Assembly: GCA_049840735.1 (NCBI GenBank)
Contig: JASGJN010000021.1
Location: forward strand, 256,001 to 320,000
Direction: 5' to 3'
DNA: 64,000 nucleotides
Origin: Anaeromyxobacter sp.
Lineage (GTDB): Bacteria; Myxococcota; Myxococcia; Myxococcales; Anaeromyxobacteraceae
Shown: positions 22,469 to 34,391 of the stretch, in pieces
Position numbering within the stretch: the stretch's first letter is position 1
Layout of the letters: every line of letters begins with the position of its first letter
The notes under the pieces: model-generated
Database searches by the model: none
What the model saw: only the letters and a program-made list of their open reading frames with translations
What the model was told of the DNA's origin: nothing
Program-made: the position numbers and the translations under genes

Positions 22469-24127
22469 ATGCGTCTCGATCGCGCCTTCCCCGCAGCCTT
22501 GCTGGTCTTCGCCCTGGCGGGCTGCGCCGCCCACACCTCCGCGCCCGGGCCCGCCGCCGGCGCCGCCCCGCCCTCGGCAGGGGCTCCGGCCGGCTGGCAG
22601 CTGGACTGGGCCCGGGACGCCGTCTTCTACGAGGTGTTCGTCCGCAGCTTCTCCGACTCGAACGGCGACGGCGTCGGCGACCTCCAGGGGCTCATCGACA
22701 AGCTCGACTACCTGAACGACGGCGACCCCAGGACCACCACCGACCTGGGCGTCACCGCGCTCTGGCTCATGCCCATCTTCAAGTCGCCCAGCTACCACGG
22801 CTACGACGTCACCGACTACGAGACCATCCAGCGGGCCTACGGCACCAACGAGGACTTCGGCCGGCTCTGCCGCGAGGCGCACAGGCGCGGCATCAAGGTG
22901 ATCGTCGACCTGGTGATGAACCACACCTCCTGGCAGCACCCGTGGTTCATGGTCTCGGTGATGGGGCCGGCCACCGGCGACCCCTCGAAGCGCGACTGGT
23001 ACCTGTGGCGCAAGGACGATCCAGGCTGGCTGCGCCCCTGGCTCCCGTCCGCCACCTGGCACCACCTCAAGGGGACCGACGGCTACTACTACGGCCTCTT
23101 CTACGGCGGCATGCCCGACCTCGACTACCGCAACGCCGAGGTGCGGGAGGAGATGCGCTTCGTGAGCAAGCTCTGGCTCGACCGCGGCGTGGACGGGTTC
23201 CGCCTGGACGCCGCCCGTTACCTGATCGAGACGCCGGACGGGCAGGTGCAGGACACCGAGGAGACCCACGCCTACTGGCGCGAGTTCTCCGCCCACGTCC
23301 GCTCGATCAACCCCGGCGCGCTGCTGGTGGGCGAGAACTGGACCGACACCGCCACCATCGCCACCTACTACGGCGACACGGCCAAGGTCCCCGGGGGCGA
23401 CGAGCTCCCCATGAACTTCGACTTCCCCGTCTCCGACGCCATCCGCGGCGCGCTGAAGACCGGGGACGCCGGCGGGCTGGCCGCCCAGCTGCGGGCGAAC
23501 CAGGCCGCCTACCCCGCCGGCGCGATGAACGCGCCGTTCCTCACCAACCACGACCAGATCCGGATCGCCACGCAGCTGGGCGGCGACGCCGGCAAGCTGC
23601 GCACCGCCGCCGCGCTCCTGCTCACGCTCCCCGGCACGCCGTTCCTCTACTACGGCGAGGAGGTCGGGGTCCGCCAGCCCGACGCCGGCGACGACGAGTT
23701 CAAGCGCACCCCCATGCCCTGGGGCCCCACGCCGGTCACGGTGGGCTTCACCACCGGCAAGCCCTGGATGCGCCCGGTGAAGGGGTTCGAGAAGGCCAAC
23801 GTGAAGGTGCAGTCCGCCGACCCGGCCTCGCTGCTCTCCCGCTACCGGACCCTGATCCGCGTGCGCCAAGGCTCGGCCGCGCTCCGTCACGGCACGCTCC
23901 AGCTGCTCCCCTCGAGCGGCGGCCTGCTGGCGTACGTGCGGAAGAGCGGTAGCGAGGAGGTGCTGGTGGTGCACAACGTCGGCACCGCCGCCGCCGGGCT
24001 GGAGCTGCCGGTGAGCGGGAAGCCGGCGCCGCTGCTGGTGGACGCGGGCGTCGCGGCGACCGGCGGCGAGCGGATCCGGGTGGAGCTGCCGGGGCTGAGC
24101 ACAGGGGTGTGGACACTGAAGAGGTAG
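22469..24127 (+). CDS. GH13 alpha-amylase family lipoprotein (copy 1)
   Basis: Lipobox [34 protein letters not shown]. Confidence 0.93.
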   Translation: MRLDRAFPAALLVFALAGCAAHTSAPGPAAGAAPPSAGAPAGWQLDWARDAVFYEVFVRSFSDSNGDGVGDLQGLIDKLDYLNDGDPRTTTDLGVTALWLMPIFKSPSYHGYDVTDYETIQRAYGTNEDFGRLCREAHRRGIKVIVDLVMNHTSWQHPWFMVSVMGPATGDPSKRDWYLWRKDDPGWLRPWLPSATWHHLKGTDGYYYGLFYGGMPDLDYRNAEVREEMRFVSKLWLDRGVDGFRLDAARYLIETPDGQVQDTEETHAYWREFSAHVRSINPGALLVGENWTDTATIATYYGDTAKVPGGDELPMNFDFPVSDAIRGALKTGDAGGLAAQLRANQAAYPAGAMNAPFLTNHDQIRIATQLGGDAGKLRTAAALLLTLPGTPFLYYGEEVGVRQPDAGDDEFKRTPMPWGPTPVTVGFTTGKPWMRPVKGFEKANVKVQSADPASLLSRYRTLIRVRQGSAALRHGTLQLLPSSGGLLAYVRKSGSEEVLVVHNVGTAAAGLELPVSGKPAPLLVDAGVAATGGERIRVELPGLSTGVWTLKR

Positions 24128-24145
24128 CGCGCTCGCGCGGATCCC

Positions 24146-24201
24146 CCGGTCGTGCTTCGACTCCGCGGGCCCTGCGGGCCCGCTACGCTCAGCATGACCG
24201 G
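24146..24201. repeat. Single REP-family element between the amylase paralogues
   Basis: CCGGTCGTGCTTCGACTCC-GCGGGCCC TGC GGGCCCGC-TACGCTCAGCATGACCGG. Confidence 0.88.
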
Positions 24202-24351
24202 GGTGGGGGCGGCAGGCTCAGGGCGAGCGGATTGCGCCGGCTCGAGCTCCCGGCGACCGGAGTGAACTCCCTGCGACCCCGTATCGCCCCTGCGTGAACC
24301 TGGCGCGCGGGCACGGGTGGGCTACCCTGTGCGCTCACCCTGGAGCCGCCC

Positions 24352-25995
24352 ATGCCCCGTCGCCTGGTCTCCCTGCTCGCCCTGCTGCTCGCCGCCGGCT
24401 GCGCCACCACCGGCACGCGCGGGGCCACCGCCTCGGGCCCCGCAAGCGCGGCCGGCGCGCTCGCGCCGAAGCCGGACCGCTGGCAGCACGACGAGGTGCG
24501 GGGGGCGGTCTTCTACCAGATCTTCATCCGCAGCTTCTCCGACTCGGACGGCGACGGCACCGGCGATCTCAAGGGGCTCATCGCCAGGCTCGACTACCTG
24601 AACGACGGCGACCCGAAGACCACCACCGACCTGGGCGTGGACGGGATCTGGCTCACGCCCATCTTCCACTCGTACAGCTACCACGGCTACGACACCGCCA
24701 GTTACGAGCTGATCGCCCGGGACCTGGGGCAGCTGGAGGACTTCGAGCGGCTCTGCGCCGAGGCCCACAAGCGCGGCATCAAGGTGGTGCTCGACTTGGT
24801 GCTCAACCACACCTCGTTCCTGCACCCCTGGTTCCTCGAGGCGCTCATCTCCAAGAACGAGGCGGACTGGCCGCACCACGACTGGTACGTCTGGCGGACC
24901 GACGATCCAGGCTGGGAGCAGCCCTTCGAGCCGCACAAGCGCACCTGGCGCAAGGTCCCGTCCGGCCTCTACTACTACACGCTCTTCTTCGGGATGCCCG
25001 ACCTCAACCTCCGCAACCCGGAGGTGCGCAAGGAGGCCAAGTACATCGCGAAGCTCTGGCTCGACCGCGGCGCCGACGGCTACCGGCTCGACGCCGCCAA
25101 GCACGCCATCGAGGGGCCCGACGGCGAGCAGCAGGACACGCCCGAGACGCACGCCTGGTGGAGGGAGTTCTCCGCCGACATCCGCGCCCACCGGCCCGAC
25201 GCGCTCCTCTTCGGCGAGAACTGGTCCGGCACAGACCAGATCGCGCCGTACTACGGCGACGTGACCAAGGTGGCCGGCGGCGACGAGCTGCCCGCCAGCT
25301 TCGACTTCCCGCTCTCCGAGCGGATCCTGGACGGCCTGCAGACCGGCAGCGCGCAGGGCGTCGCCGCCAAGCTCGACGAGATCGGCCGCGTCTACCCGCC
25401 CGGCGTGCTGGACGCGCCCTTCCTCACGAACCACGACCAGCTGCGCGTGGCCACCCAGCTCAAGGGGGACGCCGGCAAGCTGCGCACCGCCGCGGCCGTG
25501 CTGCTGACGCTGCCCGGCATCCCGTTCATCTACTACGGCGAGGAGCTCGGCCTGCGGCAGGTGCAGAACGGGGACGACGAGTTCAAGCGCACGCCCTTCC
25601 CCTGGGACGGCAGCGAGACCGGCGGCTTCACCACGGGCAAGCCCTGGTTCAAGTTCGCGCCCGGGAAGGACAAGGTGAACGTGGCCGCCGAGACCGGCGA
25701 CCCGGCCTCGCTCCTGTCCCGGTACCGGAACCTGATCCGGCTCCGTCACGGCTCGGACGCGCTCATGCGCGGCGAGCTGGCCGTGCTGCCCCCCAGCGGC
25801 GGCGTGCTGGCGTTCCTGCGTCGCTCCGGGAGGCAGACCGTGCTGGTGGTCCACAACCTGTCGGCCGCGCCCGGGACCGCCCAGGTGCTGTCCGACCGGA
25901 ACCTCACGCCGCTGCTCGTCGATCCGGGCGTCCGGCGCGACGGCGCGGGCGTGTCGCTCCCACCCCACAGCTCCGGTGTCTGGGAGGTCCGGTAG
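24352..25995 (+). CDS. GH13 alpha-amylase family lipoprotein (copy 2)
   Basis: Lipobox AAGC, DLVLNH, MPDLN, GYRLDAAKH, GENW, FLTNHD. Confidence 0.93.
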   Translation: MPRRLVSLLALLLAAGCATTGTRGATASGPASAAGALAPKPDRWQHDEVRGAVFYQIFIRSFSDSDGDGTGDLKGLIARLDYLNDGDPKTTTDLGVDGIWLTPIFHSYSYHGYDTASYELIARDLGQLEDFERLCAEAHKRGIKVVLDLVLNHTSFLHPWFLEALISKNEADWPHHDWYVWRTDDPGWEQPFEPHKRTWRKVPSGLYYYTLFFGMPDLNLRNPEVRKEAKYIAKLWLDRGADGYRLDAAKHAIEGPDGEQQDTPETHAWWREFSADIRAHRPDALLFGENWSGTDQIAPYYGDVTKVAGGDELPASFDFPLSERILDGLQTGSAQGVAAKLDEIGRVYPPGVLDAPFLTNHDQLRVATQLKGDAGKLRTAAAVLLTLPGIPFIYYGEELGLRQVQNGDDEFKRTPFPWDGSETGGFTTGKPWFKFAPGKDKVNVAAETGDPASLLSRYRNLIRLRHGSDALMRGELAVLPPSGGVLAFLRRSGRQTVLVVHNLSAAPGTAQVLSDRNLTPLLVDPGVRRDGAGVSLPPHSSGVWEVR

Positions 25996-26101
25996 CCCAC
26001 CCTGCCGCGGGGGTCGGCCCCGCGGGTTGGCCCCACCCACAGGCGCACCTGGGACCCGGGCCGACCCGGCAGTTTCCGCAGTGGTTCCGGGGAGCCGGCC
26101 C

Positions 26102-26117
26102 TGGTACGCCCTTCGCT
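26102..26117 (+). promoter_or_regulatory. Putative sigma-54 (-24/-12) promoter of the HDOD gene
   Basis: TGGTACGCCCTTCGCT has GG and GC at the canonical TGGCACG-N4-TTGC spacing. Confidence 0.4.
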
Positions 26118-26130
26118 GGCAAGGCCGGCC

Positions 26131-27051
26131 GTGACCTCGCCCGCGCACCGCATGAACCAGGACCTCACGGACTCGCTGCGCTACGCGCTGGCGTCTCCCA
26201 CCTACCGCCCGCCCATGCTGCCCGGGGTGGCGCTGGAGGTGATGCAGCTCTCGCGCTCCACCGACGAGGTGGAGCTGGCGGACGTCGTCAACCTGCTGGA
26301 GCGCGACCCGGTGCTGGCCGCGCGGGTGCTGGGCATCGCGCAGTCCGCCGCCTACACGCGCCGCGGCAGCGTGACCTCGCTGCTCCAGGCGGCGGTGCGC
26401 CTCGGGCTGGAGACGCTGAGCCAGGTGGTGGTCCAGGCGGCGCTGGAGCTGAAGCTCTTCCGCGCCCCCGGCTACGAGAAGTTCGCCGTCCGCCTCAACC
26501 ACCACGCCACCGCCACCGCCCACGTCACCCGCGACGTCTGCAAGCGCGCCGGCCTGCCCGCCGAGCAGGGCTTCATGTGCGGCCTGCTCCACGACATCGG
26601 CTTCGCCGCCAGCCTCACCGTGGCCATCGAGCTGGGGGTCGAGCTGGGGGTGACCGACTTCGAGGACCTGGCCCCCTCGCTGGACGTGGTCCACGCCGAG
26701 GTCTCCGGGCTGCTCGCGCGCCGCTGGAAGCTGCCCGAGCCCATCGTGCAGGTGGTCTCCACGCACCACCACGCCGACGTGAACGGCGAGCCCCGCCCCA
26801 TGAACGCGGCGGTGATCCTGGCCGAGCAGTTCTGCTGGGAGGCCGGCGCCGGGATGCTGCCGCCCCCGGAGAAGGTGGATCTCGGCGCGCCGGGGTGCCC
26901 GCCCCAGCCCATGGACGGCCTGGACGCCAGCTGGCCCAACGTGATCCGCCAGGCGCTGGAGGTGCTGAAGCTGGACGCCGCCGGCGTCAAGGCGGCGCGC
27001 GCGGCGGCGTTCGAGCGGGTGGCCGAGGTGCTGCCCGGCGCGAAGCCCTGA
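26131..27051 (+). CDS. HDOD domain signalling protein (start may be ATG 26152)
   Basis: LP..ALEV, DPVLAARVL..AQS, AAVRLG, GLLHDIG, WKLP. Confidence 0.88.
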   Translation: MTSPAHRMNQDLTDSLRYALASPTYRPPMLPGVALEVMQLSRSTDEVELADVVNLLERDPVLAARVLGIAQSAAYTRRGSVTSLLQAAVRLGLETLSQVVVQAALELKLFRAPGYEKFAVRLNHHATATAHVTRDVCKRAGLPAEQGFMCGLLHDIGFAASLTVAIELGVELGVTDFEDLAPSLDVVHAEVSGLLARRWKLPEPIVQVVSTHHHADVNGEPRPMNAAVILAEQFCWEAGAGMLPPPEKVDLGAPGCPPQPMDGLDASWPNVIRQALEVLKLDAAGVKAARAAAFERVAEVLPGAKP

Positions 27052-27069
27052 CCGGCGCTGCGCGCGGGG

Positions 27070-27723
27070 TCAGGCCAGCTCGCGCCGCGCCTGCGCCGCG
27101 GCGGCGGCGATGGCGAAGGCCAGGGCGGACACCGCGGTGAGCGGCAGGCTCGCGCTGTGGAGGGCCGCCGACGCGAGCAGGACCAGGCCAGCCACCGTCA
27201 GCGCGAGGTCCGCGATCCTGGGGCGATCGGCCGGCAGGAGCAGCGCGCCGGCCGCAGCCACGATCGACAGGTCGCGGCCCATCGCGAGCGGGCCGGGCCG
27301 GGCCGGCGCCGGCAGCCTGGCCCAGGCCTCCGCCAGCACCGGCAGCCCCAGCAGCACCGCGCCTGCCGCGAGGGCGAGGACCGCGCCCGCGGCGGCGTCC
27401 TTCACCAGTCTGGCCTCCGGCCGGCGCTCGCGCGTGTGCAGGTCGACCAGCGCCTCCAGCGCGCTGTTGAGCGCCTCGCCGGCGATCACGAGGGCGACGG
27501 CCAGGATCACCCCCACGCGCCCCCAACCTGGCAACGGCAGCTCGGTGCCGGCCAGCCCCACCGTCACGCCGGCCAGCAGGTGGAGGCGCATGTTGCGCTC
27601 ACGCGCGGCGACGTGCACCAGGCCACGCCAGGCGTGGCCGAAGGAGGCGAGGAGGGGGGTGCGCCGCGCGAGCGAGGAGGCCTGCTCCGGCTCACGCGCC
27701 ATCAGCTGCGGGGGGACGTGCAT
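27070..27723 (-). CDS. Diacylglycerol/undecaprenol kinase family membrane protein with C-terminal extension
   Basis: SFGHAWRGL, ERNMRLH, EALNSALEALVD, KDAAAGAV. Confidence 0.85.
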   Translation of the reverse strand: MHVPPQLMAREPEQASSLARRTPLLASFGHAWRGLVHVAARERNMRLHLLAGVTVGLAGTELPLPGWGRVGVILAVALVIAGEALNSALEALVDLHTRERRPEARLVKDAAAGAVLALAAGAVLLGLPVLAEAWARLPAPARPGPLAMGRDLSIVAAAGALLLPADRPRIADLALTVAGLVLLASAALHSASLPLTAVSALAFAIAAAAAQARRELA

Positions 27724-28041
27724 CTGCTCCGTGCTCCTTCGCGCGCCTGGCCCCGTGCAGCCTGGACCGGCGGCCGGGATCAAAGGTCGCACAGACTCAT
27801 CGCGCACTCGGCTCCCACTTGCCATTCGAATACCAATGGGCGAAAAAGCGAGACAGGGGGAACGGCACTCCAGCACAGGCTCCGGGTAGGGCGCTCGCGC
27901 TGCGCCCGGTCGCCTCGTCGGCTGATCGGACTTCTGCGAGGCCACGGGCGGCCCGCGGGTCCGGCCGGTTCGCGAAGCGGGCAGGGCGGCTCGCGTCGGC
28001 GGGGCGTTGCGGGAGGGGACCCCGGGATCTTCAAGGTAGCT

Positions 28042-28110
28042 CGCGCACGTCGCGTTGCCGGGTGTGGCCGCTTCCCCCCCCCCAGGCCTGCCCGAGACGC
28101 GACGTGCGCG
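28042..28110 (-). terminator. GC-rich stem-loop downstream of the lipid operon
   Basis: Perfect 14 bp inverted repeat CGCGCACGTCGCGT / ACGCGACGTGCGCG about 50 bp after the stop at 28163; no clear U-tract. Confidence 0.3.
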
Positions 28111-28162
28111 GGCGCTTCACCTCGCCTGGCGCGAGGTGCCTCCGCGCCACGCCGCGCCCGGC

Positions 28163-29179
28163 TCAGCGCAGCCCGTCCAGGAACCCCTTGACCGCCTTCC
28201 CGTAGGCCTCGGGGCAGTCCAGGTTCACGATGTGGCCGCAGCCGGGCAGCCCCACCAGCTGCGAGCCGGCGATGGCGCGGTGGCCGCTCTCGAAGACCGG
28301 GCGCGGGAAGCCGCCGTGCATGAACGGGTTGGGGATGAGGCGGTCCTGCTCGCCGAAGACGATCAGGGTGGGCGCGTTCACCTGCCCCAGGCTCTCGCGC
28401 ACGAAGTCGTTCTGCGACAGCTCCTGGACGCTGCGCACCTGGGCGTAGGCGTAGGGATCGAAGTCGGCCGCCTTGGCCAGCCGCACCCGCTCCTCCACCA
28501 TCCAGTACAGCTCCGGCCGGAAGTGCTGGAAGTTGGCCTGGCCGACCGTGCCCCAGATCCCGGACTCCGGCACGCTCTTCACCAGCGCGGTGGAGTAGAC
28601 CTGCTTGAACCAGGCCTTCTCGCGCGCCGTGAAGGTCTCGAAGCCGGCCGGCGAGGAGAGCACCAGCGCCCGCACCTCGTCCGGATGGCGGATGGCCCAT
28701 GAGAGCGCCGTCTGCCCGCCCATCGAGATCCCCACCACCACCGGCCGCTCGGCGCCCAGCCCGCGGGAGAGCTCGCGCGCCGCGTCGGCCATGGCCTCCA
28801 TGGTGTACGGGAAGGAAGCCGGCTTGTCCGACTTGCCGTAGCCGGGCAGGTCGAGCGCGATGACGTGCCAGCCGTCGGCGGCGAACGGCTCCAGCTGGTA
28901 CCACCAGAACTTGAGGTAGCTGCCCAGCCCGTGGATGAACACCAGCGTGCCCCTGGGCCCGCCACGGTTCAGCTCCACGTAGGCCACCCGGGGCGGCGAG
29001 GCCATGGCGTAGGCGCGGGCCGTCTCGGGCAGCTCGGCGTAGGCCACCGGCCAGGCCTGGCCGGTCGGGCCGACGTAGGGCAGGTCCTGGAACTCCAGCG
29101 GGCCGCGGGTCGAGTAGCGCGGGGCGCAGGCGGCCAGCAGCGCGGCCAGCAGCGTCAGCGTCAGGGTGCGCGTGGTCAT
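28163..29179 (-). CDS. Alpha/beta hydrolase lipoprotein (esterase/lipase-like)
   Basis: Lipobox LAAC, HGLG, DLPGYGKS, GISMGG, GH. Confidence 0.88.
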   Translation of the reverse strand: MTTRTLTLTLLAALLAACAPRYSTRGPLEFQDLPYVGPTGQAWPVAYAELPETARAYAMASPPRVAYVELNRGGPRGTLVFIHGLGSYLKFWWYQLEPFAADGWHVIALDLPGYGKSDKPASFPYTMEAMADAARELSRGLGAERPVVVGISMGGQTALSWAIRHPDEVRALVLSSPAGFETFTAREKAWFKQVYSTALVKSVPESGIWGTVGQANFQHFRPELYWMVEERVRLAKAADFDPYAYAQVRSVQELSQNDFVRESLGQVNAPTLIVFGEQDRLIPNPFMHGGFPRPVFESGHRAIAGSQLVGLPGCGHIVNLDCPEAYGKAVKGFLDGLR

Positions 29180-29189
29180 GGTGGGCTCC

Positions 29190-30824
29190 CTAGAACGCGT
29201 ACCAGGTGAAGGTGGTGTAGACCGCCCACGGGTCCTCCGTGACGCGGTCGTTGCCGTCGAACCAGTCGCCCTTGACCAGGTAGCCGCCGTGCAGGCCGAA
29301 GGTCATGAGGTAGCGGTAGGTGTACTTGAGCTCGGCGTTGACCTCGGTGCCCATGGTCTGGCCGCGCGACACGGTGGCGCCGGCCCAGGGCAGCGGCTTC
29401 GCCCAGGTGCGCGCGTAGCCGGCGCCGAGCTTGAGGTTCAGCTTGTTGGGGATGAGGTCGCGCGAGGCCGAGCCGAGCGCCGCCACCAGCCCGTAGCCCT
29501 GGTTGGAGAGATCGGTCACCGCGCCGCTGTAGTTGCCCACGGTGTTGGTGAAGGGCATGAGCAGCAGCATGCGGTGGTTGAAGAAGACCGCTCCCGGCAG
29601 GCCGTAGTAGTTGAGCGTGAAGGGGCCGGTGTACTTGCCGTCGGTCGGGTCGTCGTCGCCGTTGGAGGCCAGCGCCTCCAGCGTCACCACGTCGTTGACC
29701 GAGCGGCCGTAGTTCCAGAGCCCCTCCAGGTCGGCGCCGAAGCCCTGGACGTCCACCTTCTCGTTGAGCGCGGTGCCGGCCTTGTGCGACTCGTACTGGC
29801 CGGCGTTGAACATGAAGAAGCCGCTGGCGGCGAACCGGCCGGTGCGGAAGTCGATGTTGTGCTGGCCGTTCAGGCCGGCCCAGACCACCTGGCCGGTGGG
29901 GCGCTCGATTTGGAAGGGCTGCGTGCCGGTGAAGGCCGACAGGCCGCCCGAGGACGGGCCGGCGCGGACCAGCCCCTCGTAGGCGAAGGCGTCGCCCTTG
30001 GTGTCGTCGCGCAGGTACCAGAGCGAGGCGCCGAGCCAGGTCCCGGGGGCCAGCTCGCGGGCGTGGTCGAGCATGGCGATCCAGGTGAAGGCGATGCGCG
30101 GGTCGTTCTCCGAGGCCTTGTCCGGCTGCGCGCCGTCGAGCGGGTACCAGGCCAGGCGGCTCCGGCCGCCGCGCTGCGTGAAGGCCTCCACGCCGGTGGC
30201 GTCCGAGCCGGCGTAGGCCAGCTTGTAGCCGCTGCGCGTGATCTCGTCGAGCGAGGCGCGGGTGGGGTCGAGGACGTTGTCGTAGATGGCCTGGGTGCCC
30301 ACCAGGATCGTGAGCGCGTCCGGATCCTTCCACGGGTAGAAGGCGACGTTCACGTTCTTGGTCTGGATGTTGACCTGGTCGGCGTTGAGGCCGCCGCCCT
30401 CGTTCGGCTGGACGGTGTTGGCGGCCCGGCCCCAGACGTAGTCCACCTCGACCTGCGCCCGGAACGAGGCCCGGCCGTCCATGAAGTTGGGCGAGTACTC
30501 GACCACCGGGATCCAGCGCTGCTCCACGTAGGCGGCCGGGCCGGTCAGCCCGGCGTACACCATGCTCCCGGCCGGCATGCCGATGGGGCCGAGCGAGACG
30601 CCCTTGAGGCCGGACGGATCACCGATGGTGTTGGTGTAGCTCACCCGCGTGAAGAAGTAGTTGATGAGCCGGAACTGCTGGGGCTCGGCGTCCTTCTCGC
30701 GCGCGTGGCGGTCGTACCAGGTCGGGTAGTAGAGGCCCGGCATGGTCGGGGTCTGGCCGCGCGCCGGGGCGGCGCCGAGCGCGAGCGCGGCGAGGAGGAG
30801 GAGGGCGGGGACGCGGATCGCCAT
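29190..30824 (-). CDS. Putative outer-membrane beta-barrel protein
   Basis: Signal peptide, alternating aromatic beta-strands, C-terminal YTTFTWYAF beta-signal. Confidence 0.7.
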   Translation of the reverse strand: MAIRVPALLLLAALALGAAPARGQTPTMPGLYYPTWYDRHAREKDAEPQQFRLINYFFTRVSYTNTIGDPSGLKGVSLGPIGMPAGSMVYAGLTGPAAYVEQRWIPVVEYSPNFMDGRASFRAQVEVDYVWGRAANTVQPNEGGGLNADQVNIQTKNVNVAFYPWKDPDALTILVGTQAIYDNVLDPTRASLDEITRSGYKLAYAGSDATGVEAFTQRGGRSRLAWYPLDGAQPDKASENDPRIAFTWIAMLDHARELAPGTWLGASLWYLRDDTKGDAFAYEGLVRAGPSSGGLSAFTGTQPFQIERPTGQVVWAGLNGQHNIDFRTGRFAASGFFMFNAGQYESHKAGTALNEKVDVQGFGADLEGLWNYGRSVNDVVTLEALASNGDDDPTDGKYTGPFTLNYYGLPGAVFFNHRMLLLMPFTNTVGNYSGAVTDLSNQGYGLVAALGSASRDLIPNKLNLKLGAGYARTWAKPLPWAGATVSRGQTMGTEVNAELKYTYRYLMTFGLHGGYLVKGDWFDGNDRVTEDPWAVYTTFTWYAF

Positions 30825-30890
30825 GGCGGGCCTCCGGCAGCTCAGGGGAGACGGGGTCGGGCGGACGCGCCGCCCGGCCCCGGGAGCAAG

Positions 30891-31501
30891 CTAGTTGGGC
30901 GTGGTGATGCGGTAGGTCTGGACGGCGTTGCCGGTGAAGGCGGCGGCGTTGAGCGTCACGGTCGCCTCACCCACCGCGCCGTCGGCGCAGCGGTGGCCGG
31001 TGGCCTGGCCGGAGAAGAAGAGCTCCAGCTCCAGCGTGTCGCCGTCGTCCAGGAAGCGGCCGCGCCCCTCCTGCGCGAAGCCGGTGTAGGTCACGGTGAC
31101 GTCGAAGCAGGTGGCGTTCCCGGCCACGTTCTCGATCAGCACGTTGGTGGAGGAGAAGGGCAGGGTGGCCACGCCGACGTGATTGCACTCGCCCTCCTCG
31201 CCCAGGCCCGGGGAGCCGAGCAGCGTGCCGATTCCTCGGAGCTGACGTTCCAGGTGGTGCCGCCGACGGTGATGACGGTGGACTCGTAGCACTGCGTGGC
31301 GGCGCCGTAGTTCACGTCCTCGTTGTAGCCGTTGGGATGAGACGGGAGGTCCACCCCGGTCATGGTCAGGACCTTGCCGTCCAGGTAGGTGGTGATCTTG
31401 TCGGCCGTGCCCAGGTCGGGCGCGGTGGGGCCGCTGTCATCGCTCCCGCCACAGGCGTTGAGGAACAGGGCAGAGCAGAGAAGCGCGAGGGTCTTCTTCA
31501 T
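30891..31501 (-). CDS. Cys-containing lipoprotein; frameshift at 31230-31234
   Basis: AAGGAG RBS and lipobox LNAC; frame 31501 continues in frame 31292 (IGTLLGSPG...). Confidence 0.72.
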
Positions 31502-31503
31502 GG

Positions 31504-32794
31504 TCAGCTCCTTTCGAGCGGCTGCGACGGAGCCGGGCCCTGGCCCGGCGGGACTGCGGAGGCGCGCCGCGCAGCCGCGAGCGTCTCCGGTGGAGGGCGG
31601 ACCTGGGCCGGATCACCAGGATGGCCAGCGTCAGGACCGCAGCGCCGGCGACCACGCCGGCGAGGGCGTGCGGCAGGGGGAGGCCGCCCTTCCAGAGGGC
31701 GGCCACCAGCGAGGGGGTGCCGGCGGCCAGCAGCGCGCCGGCGTGGTAGACCACGCCCACGCTGCGGGCGCGGATCTCCGGCGGGAAGAGCGCGGTGAGC
31801 AGGAGCGGGGTGACGCCGGAGATGCCCGCGCCGAAGGCGCCGGCCAGCAGCGCCCCCAGCCAGAGCCAGCCCGGCGCGGCCCCCACGTAGAGCGGCAGCA
31901 CCGGCAGCAGGAGCGCGATGGGGACCGCCAGCGCCACCACCACGCCCAGCCGGCTGGCGGCGAGGCCGCAGGCGATGGCGCCGGCCATCATGCCCAGGTT
32001 GAAGAGGATCACCAGGTCGCGCAGCGTGGCCGGCGGCAGCCCCAGCCCGGTCTGGATCAGCGTCGAGTAGAGGGCCGTGAGGCCGTAGTAGATGCCGAAG
32101 CTGGCCGCCCAGAGCAGGCTGGCCCAGGCGATGCGGACCAGCAGCGCGCCGCGCAGCAGCGCCGAGAAGGGGATTCCGGAGGCGGCCTCCCTGGCCTTGC
32201 GCCAGTCCGGGCTCTCCTCCACCCAGAGCAGGATGGGGATCACCAGCAGGCCGGGTGCGGCCGCCACCAGGAAGAGCGTCCGCCAGCCGTGGGTCGGGAC
32301 CACCGCCGAGTAGGCCACGCCGGCCAGGATGAAGCCGATGGCCCAGCTGCCCTGCAGCACGCCGGAGGCCAGCCCGCGGCTCCGCTGCGGCCAGCTCTCC
32401 ATGGCCAGGGTGGCGCCGGCGGTCCACTGCGCGCCCATGCCGAGGCCGAAGAGCGTGCGCAGCACCAGCACCGCCGTGAAGGTGGGGGCGAAGTAGACCG
32501 CGCCGTCGCAGAGCGCGAACAGGATCACCGACAGCATCAGCGGGAGCTTCCGCCCCACCCGATCCGCCAGCCAGCCCGCGCCCAGGCCGCCGGCCAGCCG
32601 GAACAGCAGCGTGAGCGTGATGGACCAGGCGGTGGCCTGGTAGGTGACGCCGAACGCCTTCACGATGTCCGGCATGGCCAGCAGGAAGATGGTGAAGTCG
32701 AACCCGTCCAGCACCCAGCCGGACCAGGCCGCGCCGAAGGCGATCCAGTTCTTGCGGGTAGGCTCGCGCCACCAGGCCGGCTGCGTCGTCGCGG

Positions 32795-32798
<4 letters not shown>
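31504..32798 (-). CDS. MFS transporter (sialate/carboxylate symporter-like); 3' end uncertain (31437 as read, 31504 if one base is missing)
   Basis: GWVLDGFDF, GWLADRVGRK motif A, ESWP..RG..SG.LQ, LFPPEIRA. Confidence 0.85.
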
Positions 32799-34375
<1,577 letters not shown>

Positions 34376-34391
34376 CGACGCGCCCTCCGCG

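Noticed and set aside
27815..27870. c-di-GMP-I riboswitch-like text (CCATTCGAA...TGGG..AAAGC)
   Set aside because: It lacks the GGCAAA motif, GNRA tetraloop and receptor, and lies on the strand opposite the adjacent gene.
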